A stretch of 64,000 bases of DNA, taken from assembly GCA_044359065.1 (NCBI GenBank), contig JBIKMW010000001.1, forward strand, positions 133,802-197,801. Direction: 5' to 3'. Source of the DNA: Planctomycetales bacterium. GTDB lineage: Bacteria > Planctomycetota > Planctomycetia > Planctomycetales > Planctomycetaceae. A program made the position numbers and the translations under genes. The notes beneath the pieces were generated by a model that had not been told where the DNA came from, did no database searches, and saw only the letters and a program-made list of their open reading frames with translations. Position 1 is the first letter of the stretch; each line of letters starts with the position of its first letter. Shown here piece by piece: positions 51,943-61,164 of the stretch.

Positions 51943-52773
51943 TCATCTCCGCGACACACTTTGGAACTCGGCGTCCCCCAACAATCCGTCGATGTCCAAC
52001 ACAACCACGGCCCCCCCTTCGGAGTCCACCAACCCCGTGGCACGGCTCATCGGAAACAATCCCGAAGGGGCCACCGGTCGGATGCGATCCGACGCGAACG
52101 CCCGCAGACCGACCACCCGAGGCACGATCAGTCCCGTACGGATCGTGTCGTCCGCGTCACGCACCACGACGACCCTCGCCGTGCTCCGGTGCTCGGCGCG
52201 GACAAACGCCGACTCCGCGTCGAATGTCGACTCCCCCGACGATCGGCCGTACGCGACAAAGTCGACGAGGCTCAGGATCTCGCCGCGCCAATGAATCACG
52301 CCCGCGATCCACTCCGCCAGGAAGGGGGGTGTCACGAACTCGGGCACCGCCATCACTTCCAGGACCGACGACATGGGGACGGCGAACGACTCCGCACCCA
52401 CTTGAAACACCAGATGCTTGATACCGGCCGACCGGGCGGGCGTCGCGCGACCACCGAAGTCGAAACCGCCTCGATCGGTCGAGACCAGGGGACTCTCACG
52501 GCGCGCGGCCAACAGGGCCAATTCCTGCATCAAGTCCGCCAGCGATCCGCCGCTCGCCGGCGCGGACAATGCGGTCGTCGCTTCGGGCGGTGTCGATTCC
52601 ACGTCTTCCGCCGCCGCGACACCTGGCGTGTCGCCGAACCACTCGTCGGGCATACGGCCGCCTTCGCCGAACAATTCGGCCGCCAGCGACAGCGCCTCCG
52701 TGTCCGTGACCTGGGCGTCGTCGCGGAAGGGGTCGTCGGGCGAATTGACGGCGGTTGTGCCAAGAGTCGACAT
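51943..52773 (-). CDS. CheW-like coupling protein (PilI position)
   Basis: HLVFQVGAESFAVPMSSVLEVMAV...IAGVIHWRGEILSLVDF, preceded by an acidic, low-complexity N-terminal region of about 110 aa. Confidence 0.8.
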   Translation of the reverse strand: MSTLGTTAVNSPDDPFRDDAQVTDTEALSLAAELFGEGGRMPDEWFGDTPGVAAAEDVESTPPEATTALSAPASGGSLADLMQELALLAARRESPLVSTDRGGFDFGGRATPARSAGIKHLVFQVGAESFAVPMSSVLEVMAVPEFVTPPFLAEWIAGVIHWRGEILSLVDFVAYGRSSGESTFDAESAFVRAEHRSTARVVVVRDADDTIRTGLIVPRVVGLRAFASDRIRPVAPSGLFPMSRATGLVDSEGGAVVVLDIDGLLGDAEFQSVSRR

Positions 52774-52846
52774 GGAGCGTGCGAGTCACCTGAAACGAGT
52801 TCGGAGGGCGGGTGTCCTGGAGATGCGTCGCGGTTTGTCGGGGCGT

Positions 52847-53296
52847 TCAGACGCCGGCCGGGGCCAACGCCCGCGCGACTTCGACGAGCAGGTCCGACGA
52901 AGAGAGGGGTTTCACGAGGTAGCCGTCCGCCCCTTGCTTCAACCCCCATTCGCGATCGGTCTCGTGGGATTTGTTGGTCAGGAGCAGAATGCGGGAATGC
53001 GCGGTCTCGGGACTGCCGCGCAACCGACGGCAAACCTCGAAACCATTCTGTCGAGGCAGCAGCACGTCCAGCACGATCAGGTCGGGAACGTTCCTTCGGG
53101 CGGACTCCACGGCCTGTTCCCCATCCATCGCCGTGATCACGTCGTAACCCGCGTCCCGCAGCGTTCCCGCCACAAGCCGAAGCGCGGTGGGACTGTCGTC
53201 GACAACGAGCACGCTGGCGGGCATGGAAGCACTCGGCGGGAAACGGCAATGTTCGGGAAACGCCCGTCGGGCGACCAAGCTCTCGATCACGGTCAT
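52847..53296 (-). CDS. Single-domain CheY-like response regulator (PilH position)
   Basis: VLVVDDSPTALRL...DLIVLDVLLPRQNGFEV...LLLTNKS...GADGYLVKP. The ATG at 53296 overlaps the upstream stop (ATGA). An alternative ATG at 53224 lies immediately before the REC fold. Confidence 0.85.
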   Translation of the reverse strand: MTVIESLVARRAFPEHCRFPPSASMPASVLVVDDSPTALRLVAGTLRDAGYDVITAMDGEQAVESARRNVPDLIVLDVLLPRQNGFEVCRRLRGSPETAHSRILLLTNKSHETDREWGLKQGADGYLVKPLSSSDLLVEVARALAPAGV

Positions 53297-54834
53297 CGCA
53301 CGGCCACCGGCTTCTTCGCCGCCAGGTGCCGAGCGACTTTGTCCAACAGGTCCGCGTTCGAGAACGGCTTCGAGATGTAGTCCGAGCAACCCGCCAAACG
53401 GCCCCGCAGACGGTCGAACGTGCCGTCCTTGCCCGAGAGCATCACCACCGGAATGGAACGGGTGTTGGCATGCCCCTTAACGAGGCGGCACAGGCGATAC
53501 CCGTCCAGTCGCGGCATCGTGATGTCCATCAGGATCAGGTCCGGACGAATCGTGGCGATCTCGCGAATCCCCTGGATGCCGTCGGCCGCTTCGTACACCC
53601 GATAACCGCGAGGACGGAGCGCGTCGGCCACAACCCGTCGAATTGTCGGACTGTCGTCGACGACCAACACCGAGGGGCGGTCGTCCACCGGTTCGCCGGG
53701 CGGTGTTTCGGACGAAACGTCGTCGAACGCGTTCTCGATGGCGATCGCCGGTTCCTCGGCTTCGGTCGTCGCCGCAGCCGGTGCGGGTTCGGATGTCGTG
53801 GCGCTCTCCGCACGTTCCGGCGTCGCAAGAACTGGCGGCGGGTTGTCCGATGCCGGGTTGCCCATTGCCGGGATATTCGGCGTCGTGTTGACCGGCGTCA
53901 GGTTGTCTGGCGTCGTCCGCAGCGACAGTCCGGCGCGGGCGCCCAACACGCGTTGCAGCGCATGCGCTAGTCGTTCCGACACCTCGTTGACGATCGCGGG
54001 ACCGCTGGTCATTGTCGGCTGTACCGCGCTCGGCGAGCCTTGACGGCCTGTCAACCACCGTTGCCACTCTGCTGTTGCGAGTTCTTGTTCGCTGACCTGC
54101 GGGGCCGCGACGCTCGGTACGAGTTCCAACTCCGCGTCCACGTCCGTGGGAACCGAATCGACGTGCTCGTCCAGCGGCGCGGTCGGAGCCTCCGGGACCA
54201 TCTCGATCGCCGCGACAGCAGTCGACATCGCCACTTCCGCAGCGATCGGCGGCAAGCCGGCTGCGGTGTCCAACCCGGTTTCGGGGGCCATGACTTCGGA
54301 CGTTTCGACGAGCACCACCGGAGTCTCCGGCGTCGACCCGACTTCAAACCTCATGCGTTCATCCGCTTGAGGGGGAACGACGGTCGTCTGTACGGATTGT
54401 GTCTCGTCCGCCAACAGTTCCGGAGCCGCAACCACCGACTCCGTCGCCTCGACCTCGACCGCTTGAGCTTCCGAGCCGATCACCTCTTCCGCCTCACGCA
54501 CGACCGGCGGTTCCGGCAACGCTTCCGGTACGACAGACGCGCCCGATTCGGACTCGACCATCAGGCTGGAGTGCCACAGCAAACCGGCGCGGGCCACGGC
54601 AGAGTCCGGCGAAAGTTCGAGCGCTTGGCGCAAATGCGAGACCGCGTCGGCGGGGGACACCGAGACCCGGGCCAGCGCGATCCAGGCCTCGGCGGTCGCC
54701 GGTTCCAGTTCGACCACCCGAGCCAGTCGGTTGCGGGCCAAGCTGCGGGCGCCACGGCGGAGCGCCGCCAGGCCCAGGTTCAGCAGGGTCCTGGCCCGCT
54801 GCGAATGGACACCCTCTTGGGACGGAGACACCAT
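53293..54834 (-). CDS. Response regulator with a TPR-like N-terminus, a long P/E/A/V/T-rich linker and a C-terminal REC (PilG/PatA position)
   Basis: ATG at 54834. N-terminal ARVVELEPATAEAWIALARV...LRQALELSPDSAVA. About 300 aa of low complexity. REC: VLVVDDSPTIRRV...DLILMDITMPRLDGY...VMLSGKD...DYISKPF. Confidence 0.8.
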   Translation of the reverse strand: MVSPSQEGVHSQRARTLLNLGLAALRRGARSLARNRLARVVELEPATAEAWIALARVSVSPADAVSHLRQALELSPDSAVARAGLLWHSSLMVESESGASVVPEALPEPPVVREAEEVIGSEAQAVEVEATESVVAAPELLADETQSVQTTVVPPQADERMRFEVGSTPETPVVLVETSEVMAPETGLDTAAGLPPIAAEVAMSTAVAAIEMVPEAPTAPLDEHVDSVPTDVDAELELVPSVAAPQVSEQELATAEWQRWLTGRQGSPSAVQPTMTSGPAIVNEVSERLAHALQRVLGARAGLSLRTTPDNLTPVNTTPNIPAMGNPASDNPPPVLATPERAESATTSEPAPAAATTEAEEPAIAIENAFDDVSSETPPGEPVDDRPSVLVVDDSPTIRRVVADALRPRGYRVYEAADGIQGIREIATIRPDLILMDITMPRLDGYRLCRLVKGHANTRSIPVVMLSGKDGTFDRLRGRLAGCSDYISKPFSNADLLDKVARHLAAKKPVAVR

Positions 54835-55508
54835 GCCGGTCTTCCTCTGTGCGAATGGAGCGCGGAACCGCGCGCCGGCGGACGGTCGGCCCACTCCGGT
54901 GACAACGGGTGAAGCGCGACATCCCGGTGAGAACGAGACTTTGAACACCAGGCCTGTTATGCAGTTCACGTGCCGTAGCGCGCATGCCAACGCCCCGAGC
55001 GCGGCCTGTCGGCAGGAAGACATCTACTCGCAGCGAGGTCGCGATCTGTCGAGTGCGCCGGAACCACAGGCCCCCGCACGTGTTCCGGCTCGCGTCGCAC
55101 GTCCCGCGCACGTCCGGAATGTGCCCGCCTCAACGCCCGGCGGACAGTGTTCAACCTTCGCGACGCGCGCCGTCAACTCGGCTCTTCGCGTGGTGAAAAC
55201 TCCACAACGTTGCCCGGCCGCAACCTCTCGTCGCGACCATCCATCAGCCACGCGGAGTTCGGCGTGTGACGATTATGCCGTGGATTCCGTGTGCGACGGC
55301 GCGATGTTCACGCGGTTCTCGGGAATTCCGAGTGGCGGCTCAAGTCGACACTCAAGAACGCGTGCTAGGTTTCGATTGCAGCGGGGAGGCTAAACCTTCC
55401 CGCGTCCGCTCCGACGAGCCCGCGTCGGGCATCAATCCGATGGCGTTCGTCGCAGCCTTCATTCGGGACTTCGGGGTGCATTGGAATCGTCAAGCGGGGA
55501 AGTTCGTT

Positions 55509-55967
55509 ATGCGCGTCAATCGGTCTTGGAATCGCCGCACGAACGCCGCACACCCCGCGGAACAGCGCCGCGGCGCCGCGATGGTCGAAATGGCGCTCGT
55601 GTTGCCCGTGTTCGTCGCGCTGATGTTAGGCGTGATCGAGTTCGGCCGCGCGATCATGGTCGGGCAACTGGTCACCAACGCCGCCCGCGAAGGTTGCCGC
55701 CAAGCCATCCTCGACGGATCCACCAACACGGCTGTCTCGGACTTCGTGAAGCAGTTCCTCGCGGACACCGCCAACGTCGCCAAGGGGGATGTCGCGGTCA
55801 CGGTCGCGGTCGGCAATCCCGCGGCGGGCGGCCAACTCGTCAACGCCCAATCGCGGGACTTGGTGACGATCTCGGTCTCCCTGCCGTTCTCGAAGGTCAG
55901 TTTCCTGCCACCCACCTTCCTCAAGACCACCAACCTGTCGGCCCAAAGCGCGATGCGCCACGAGTGA
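55509..55967 (+). CDS. TadE/TadG-like pilus assembly (pseudopilin-like) protein
   Basis: ATG at 55509. RRGAAMVEMALVLPVFVALMLGVIEFGRAIMV is a typical TadE N-terminus. Confidence 0.7.
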   Translation: MRVNRSWNRRTNAAHPAEQRRGAAMVEMALVLPVFVALMLGVIEFGRAIMVGQLVTNAAREGCRQAILDGSTNTAVSDFVKQFLADTANVAKGDVAVTVAVGNPAAGGQLVNAQSRDLVTISVSLPFSKVSFLPPTFLKTTNLSAQSAMRHE

Positions 55968-56147
55968 CACCCTCAAGTTCGGCACTCCATTCGCGACGCC
56001 TCCGGGATCCCGTCGTAACCCACACACACCAAACAACAAGGCCCGCCGGGAATCGTTTCCCGACGGGCCTCGTGTATTTTCGACGCGTGCTATCCGCCTA
56101 CACCGGTGGAATTTCTTGCAACACCCGGCAAGCCTCGAGACTCCCCC

Positions 56148-57530
56148 TCACATCACCCCGGCGCCAAAGTGGGCATGCGGGTCTTCCTCTTCCACGGCCA
56201 CCATCGGCACCGGGACCGAGGGCGTGGCTGCGGGGGGAGCCAATTCACGGCGACGGGTCTTCATCTCCAAACCGGGAACCTCCCACCGCTGGAGCAGGTT
56301 GTTGATCCGGATCTCGATCCGCGTCAGTTCTTCCCCCTCTTCCGGCGTCACAAATGTGAACGCCATCCCCACATCCCCCGACGACAGGCGTCCCGTCCGA
56401 CCGACACGGTGTACGTAGTCGTCCGAAAACTCCGGGATGTCGTAATTGAAGATGTGCGACACGCCGCTGACATCGATCCCGCGACCGACGACATCGGTCG
56501 CCACCAACAGGCGGATCCGGCCGTCGCGGAACTGCTTCATCGCGCGGTCGCGCGCCGATTGTGCCAGGTCCCCGTGAATCGTCGCCAGCCGCGGCAACCG
56601 CGTGGCCAACCGTCGGTACAGTTTGTCCGTACCCCGTTTGGTGCGACAGAACACGATCGCCTGGCGAGGCTTGACCTGCACGAGCAGCCGCACGAGCGCT
56701 TCGAACTTCCGATCCTGATCGATCGTCACCACGTACTGTTCAATGGTTTGGACGACGACTTGTTCGCTCGACAGGTTCACCCGCTCGGGGGACCGCATGT
56801 ACTTTTGGGCCAGGCGTTCGACCGGCGGCGGGAGCGTCGCCGACAACAGCAACGTCTGGCGATCCGCCGGGCATTGCCGCAGGATGCGCTCGATGTCTGG
56901 ACGAAACCCGATGTCGAGCATCCGGTCGGCTTCGTCAAGCACGATCACCTTCAGCGAATCCAGCCGCAACAACTGCCGCCGCAACAGGTCGAGCACGCGC
57001 CCCGGCGTCCCCACGACGATCTGCGCGCCGCTCTTCAGGGCGTTGATCTGTTGCGTGATCTTTTTGCCACCCACGCAGGTCGCGACCCGCACCGGATGGT
57101 GCGACGACAGCCGCCGCGCCTCTTCGGCCACCTGTTCGCTGAGTTCCCGCGTGGGGGTCAGCACCAGCACCTGGGCTTCCCAGGAGTCGAGGTTGATCCG
57201 CTCCAACGACGGCAACACGAACGCAGCGGTTTTTCCCGTTCCGGTTCGCGCCTGCCCCATGCAGTCCCGTCCTGTGACGGCGATGGGAATGAATTCCCGC
57301 TGAATGGGGCTGGGGGTCTCGTAGCCGACCCCTCGAATGGCCGCGAGGCTTTCTTCGCTCAGCCCCAAATCCTCGAAACGCTTCTCGTTGACTTCCGTGA
57401 CTTCGCTCAATCCGACACTCCCCCCGAAATGACCAGCCCTCGCCGTCGTGATCGGCGGGACATCCCCCGGGCGCCCGGATCGATCGCCACCAGCCGGTCG
57501 ATTCGCCGGGGGGCGCCGGGCCGCAGTCAA
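56148..57530 (-). CDS. DEAD-box ATP-dependent RNA helicase
   Basis: Q motif FEDLGL...PSPIQ, ARTGTGKTAAF, PTRELS, VLDEADRMLD, SAT, HRVGRTGR. There is no in-frame ATG before the Q motif. The candidate starts are TTG at 57530 or TTG at 57410. Confidence 0.88.
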   Translation of the reverse strand: MTAARRPPANRPAGGDRSGRPGDVPPITTARAGHFGGSVGLSEVTEVNEKRFEDLGLSEESLAAIRGVGYETPSPIQREFIPIAVTGRDCMGQARTGTGKTAAFVLPSLERINLDSWEAQVLVLTPTRELSEQVAEEARRLSSHHPVRVATCVGGKKITQQINALKSGAQIVVGTPGRVLDLLRRQLLRLDSLKVIVLDEADRMLDIGFRPDIERILRQCPADRQTLLLSATLPPPVERLAQKYMRSPERVNLSSEQVVVQTIEQYVVTIDQDRKFEALVRLLVQVKPRQAIVFCRTKRGTDKLYRRLATRLPRLATIHGDLAQSARDRAMKQFRDGRIRLLVATDVVGRGIDVSGVSHIFNYDIPEFSDDYVHRVGRTGRLSSGDVGMAFTFVTPEEGEELTRIEIRINNLLQRWEVPGLEMKTRRRELAPPAATPSVPVPMVAVEEEDPHAHFGAGVM

Positions 57531-57989
57531 GGGGCCGACTCAATTCACTCACGCATGAAATCAGCCTTAATCGTACCCGCCGCTCGCCCTCGCGGTCAAC
57601 GTGCTCGATGAAGGTTGCGTGTGGGCGTGTGGTCACGACCGCTCGCGAAGGGAATCTCCCGTTCCGCACCAGGCCTCCAAAAATCACCGCTGCCATGCAA
57701 CGCCGAGTACGACTTTCCAGAAACAGGGTAGACCGTGAGTGGAAGAACGAAAGTGGAAGAACATGGGTAGCCCGGCCAACTCGTCGCTTGGTTGCGCAGC
57801 GACAAGACGCCAAAGCTTCCGCCCTCAACCCAAACTGAAAACGCACGAGTACTCGCACAACTTGCGCCGCTGTGCAGTTGCGTTGCGTTGCAGGGGCGCA
57901 TCGCGAAAGCGGAAGCCCCCAGGTTCGTGCGGCTTCAGGTTCGGGGGCTTCAAAGCAGTTCCCCTGCCAAACCACGCTGTTTCAACAAA

Positions 57990-58335
57990 GCGAAAGCCAA
58001 GCGAAGTTTGCGTGTGGACAACCGCCCGAACACCGCCCCCGCCCGCCCATTGTCGGCGTTCGCCCATTGTCGGCATTCGACCGTTGTCCAGGTTCGCCGC
58101 GAGGCCGTGAGGTTTTGGAGATCGTCCGTGGGGTGGTTCGACTCGAGGGAGGGTTGGGCCGTACGCTGGTCGGCGTACCGTACGCGGACCAGGCCTTCAT
58201 GCACCGCCTTCGTTTGCCGCTCGATCTTTTCGACGACCGTGAACCGTAGATCGCGGGGGAATCACCCGATCTTCGGGATCAGCCACACGACAAACGCTTG
58301 CGCCGCGCGGATCACCAACAGTTCTTCCTCCACGC
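57990..58335 (-). pseudogene. Avd-like four-helix-bundle protein remnant (in-frame stop and frame decay)
   Basis: Manual translation gives EELLVIRAAQAFVVWLIPKIG-stop-FPRDLRFTVVEKIERQTKAVHEGLVRVRYA. This parallels the F--WL-P----FPR--R-T----L pattern of Avd-type proteins as I remember them. The frame is lost downstream, where a 17-bp tandem duplication sits (58046-58079). Confidence 0.3.
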
Positions 58336-58483
58336 CGCCGGCTCTCGCTCTCAAATTCGCATGGCGTTCCACTCTGCGATCCCGCGTATCGTTCTTGTAA
58401 CCCGACGCTCACCGCCCCGTTTTTTTCCCGAAACGTCTCGACTTTCGGGTGCAGTTCGCCCCACCCCCGCGCAGACCGCTGGC

Positions 58484-58850
58484 GTTTCGGGGGAGTCTGG
58501 CCGGATTGTCTTGTGGTCGCGCCGGGTCGCGCGGCCGGGGTCAGGGGTTTCGGGCCGCCGCCGGTGGCAGGTCGCTCGCCGGTCCCTTCAGCCCCCTGCC
58601 CCGTCTGTCGTTCGTCATCGCGAGCTCTCCTGCCGCCAGCGCCCACAGGGGCGTACTTGAGGGCTGCAACGCGTTCATGAAGGTCGCCCCGGATCGCTGC
58701 GCTTCGTGTCTCGCCCACGCCAGCAACCGGCCGAGGTTGTACGTCAGCGCGATCCGGTCCCACTCGACCGTCACGCCGTCCGATCCGCGCCGCAGGAACC
58801 GCCGCCCCGCCCAGGCCTTCCTTAGATCGCCGCGGACGGCGTCTCCGCCG
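58484..58850 (-). mobile_element. Second IS1182-like 3' end (inverted relative to the 43205-43569 copy), truncated
   Basis: It encodes TVEWDRIALTYNLGRLLAWARHEAQRSGATFMNALQPSSTPLWALAAGELAMTNDRR. My manual alignment to 43205-43569 gives roughly 94 percent nucleotide identity, with two 1-nt indels near the 5' side. Confidence 0.65.
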
Positions 58851-58851
58851 C

Positions 58852-59139
58852 GTGCCGCCGCTCTTTGTCGAAAAGGGCTACGATGACCCGTCGGTGCGGC
58901 AGACGCTGCGGGAGTGGCGCTATGCGATCCATATCAAATCGCGAGGCGAGGAGGCCGCCGAGCGAAAGTCCCTGCCCGGCTATCGCGCTCGCAGGTGGGT
59001 GGTCGAGCGAACACATTCGTGGCTGAACCGGTTCCGTCGACGACTCGTCCGTTGGGAAAAGAAACCCGAAAACTACTTGGCCATGCTCCACATCGCCTGC
59101 GCTCTCATCGCCTTCCGCGCCGCAGGCGTTCCGGGATAG
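58852..59139 (+). pseudogene. IS5-family (IS427/IS1031-type) transposase C-terminal fragment
   Basis: EKGYDDPSVRQTL...RRWVVERTHSWLNRFRRRLVRWEKKPENYLAMLHIACALIAF matches the DKGYD...RWVVERT-SWL--FRRL--RYE pattern. There is no N-terminal half. It abuts the IS1182-like fragment. Confidence 0.65.
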
Positions 59140-59191
59140 GCTCTTAGCAATGTTTGAGGGCAGAGGTATAACGAATCTGAACCCCAAACCC

Positions 59192-59998
59192 CTACTGCTT
59201 CCCCTCCGCCCGGTTCGACCACCACGGCAGGCTCACGCCGCCGTCGATCAGGAACGTGCTCCCCGTCATATAGTCCGCGTCGTCGCTCAGCATGTAGCCG
59301 ATCGCTTTTGCAATCTCTTCCGGCGTCCCCAGTCGCTTCCACGGCAGGCCCGCGGCCCCTTGCGCCAATTGCTCGTCCGAGAAAAACTTCCGTTCGCCCG
59401 GCGTGTCGATCCAGCCGGGGTGCAGGATGTTCACTCGCACCCGGTGCGATGCCAGCTCAATGGCGGCGGTGCGGGCCATGTGGTCGATCGCCGCCTTGGC
59501 CATGTTGTAGGCCATCGCCGTCGGGATCGGGATCACCGCGTGCGGCGAACTGACGACGAGGATCGAACCGCGCGAGCCCCCCGAGTTCGGCTCCTGGGCG
59601 ATCATCCGCTGCGCGGCGGCGCGGCAACCGTAAAACGCTCCCCACATCGAGACGTCGATCGTCCGCTTGAAGCCTTCCATCTTCGCTTCGACCATCAATT
59701 CGCGGTCGCTGTAGGCTGCGTTCGACACGTAGCCGTCCAACCGCCCGAATTTCTCGATGGTTTTCTCGACCATGTCCTCGACCGCACTTTGGTCGGCGAC
59801 ATCCGCTTGCAGCAGCAATCCATCGCCACCGAGTTTACGACACTCAGCGAGTACCTCTTCCGCCTCGTCCGGGTGCGAACGGAAGTTGATGCCGACCTTG
59901 CCCCCTTCGGCGGCCAAATGCATCGCGGCGGCGCGGCCAATTCCGCGTGAGGCCCCGGTGATGATGTAGACCCGTCCGTCGAACCGCTTCGTGGCCAT
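59192..59998 (-). CDS. SDR-family oxidoreductase
   Basis: ITGASRGIGRAAA, NAAY, S...YNMAKAA (catalytic YxxxK), PGWIDTP. ATG at 59998. Confidence 0.85.
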   Translation of the reverse strand: MATKRFDGRVYIITGASRGIGRAAAMHLAAEGGKVGINFRSHPDEAEEVLAECRKLGGDGLLLQADVADQSAVEDMVEKTIEKFGRLDGYVSNAAYSDRELMVEAKMEGFKRTIDVSMWGAFYGCRAAAQRMIAQEPNSGGSRGSILVVSSPHAVIPIPTAMAYNMAKAAIDHMARTAAIELASHRVRVNILHPGWIDTPGERKFFSDEQLAQGAAGLPWKRLGTPEEIAKAIGYMLSDDADYMTGSTFLIDGGVSLPWWSNRAEGKQ

Positions 59999-61164
59999 GA
60001 TCTCGCTCTGCTCCAGTGCGTGTCCGTGATGGTGTTTCGGTGGGAATCTGCGGTACGGGACCCGGCATCCCCCAAGTCGCCGACATGCTCCCGCCGCACG
60101 ATATCACGGCGGGGACCGGAGTTCACCGGACCGACGGTTTGTCATCGCGACAAGACCCCACCAGGGCGGCTCAGGAGGTTTTGAACACGGACGATACACC
60201 GATGCAGCACCGAGTAATGGCGGCAGCGGGGGAACGATTGGCCGAAACGGGGCGCGGATCGTTCCCGCCGAGGGGGGTGCCCCCTTTTGTTGACGACTCG
60301 CTCGCTCTTTTCGGTAGCGCGACGCGTGACGGGCTGTTGAGATTCGGGGAAGAGAGTGCGGGTTCGGCCACCAACCTGTATGACGGACTTCCAGTCCGTC
60401 GTACGAGAACGGTTCGCTCTCCGAACAACACTTTCCACAGTCCGGTGAGCGACGGACTACACGTGGATTCCAAGGAATCCGCATCGATCGGGAGAACGGA
60501 TTCTCGCACTCGCGCGTTCTGAAGTGGCCCCCTTCCTCAGGGACATTTGCCGGGCCATCGGAACGCGTTGTTTTCTCGGTCCCACGCCGAGGCGCGGAGT
60601 CGCCGCGAACTCACTCTTCCGCGACGTCTCCGTGCCTCGCCGTGAGAATGAACACCTTAGAAGTGGTTTCAAAACCCTCTGCCGGGCAGATCCACGTTGA
60701 CCCCCTGTCAAGGTTCTCGTGCCGGCAACCGGGTTTTGAAACGGCTTCTACCAAGATCGGTGTGTGCGCCGACCTCGCGAGGAGTCGCGTCACTCCCAAA
60801 CCCACTCGTCGGGCTGCAAGCAAACACATCCTTTCCCCGCGCTCGGGAATGGCGGCGACCTCATCGCCCAAGCCGATTTCAACAACGCGCCGGTACTCCG
60901 AAACTCGCTACGGGAAGTCCGCGTGTCTCCTTAAGCGCCTCAAGCCCTCCAGCGGCGCGTTCGTCTTGACCCGTTCCCCTCGTTGTGCGAGAAAACCGCT
61001 TCTCTCGTCTCTCTCCCCCGAAATCCAACGACTCGTCGCGCCGTGCGGGCATGCTCCGCGCGGTTTCTTCGCGACGATTCGCATTTCCCCCACACACTCC
61101 CGTCGGCTCGCGCCGGTCTCGCCTCGTCGGGCGAATCGCCGCGTGCCGCGCAGTCCGTCCAAGG

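Noticed and set aside
43570-58483. Active composite transposon carrying the chemosensory operon
   Set aside because: Both flanking IS copies are frameshifted or truncated. One is only a 3' end, interrupted by an IS5 fragment. No flanking target-site duplication could be identified, and the cargo includes housekeeping-type genes (ubiX, DEAD-box helicase). It is kept only as an inverted-repeat/inversion observation.
59999-61164. Known housekeeping RNAs (RNase P RNA, tmRNA, SRP RNA) in the long spacer
   Set aside because: I looked for GAGGAAAGUCCGGGC / ACAGAACCCGGCUUA (RNase P), a GGGG...tag ORF...GGTTCGAATCC...CCA layout (tmRNA) and the SRP GGAA/AGCA motif context. None is present on either strand.
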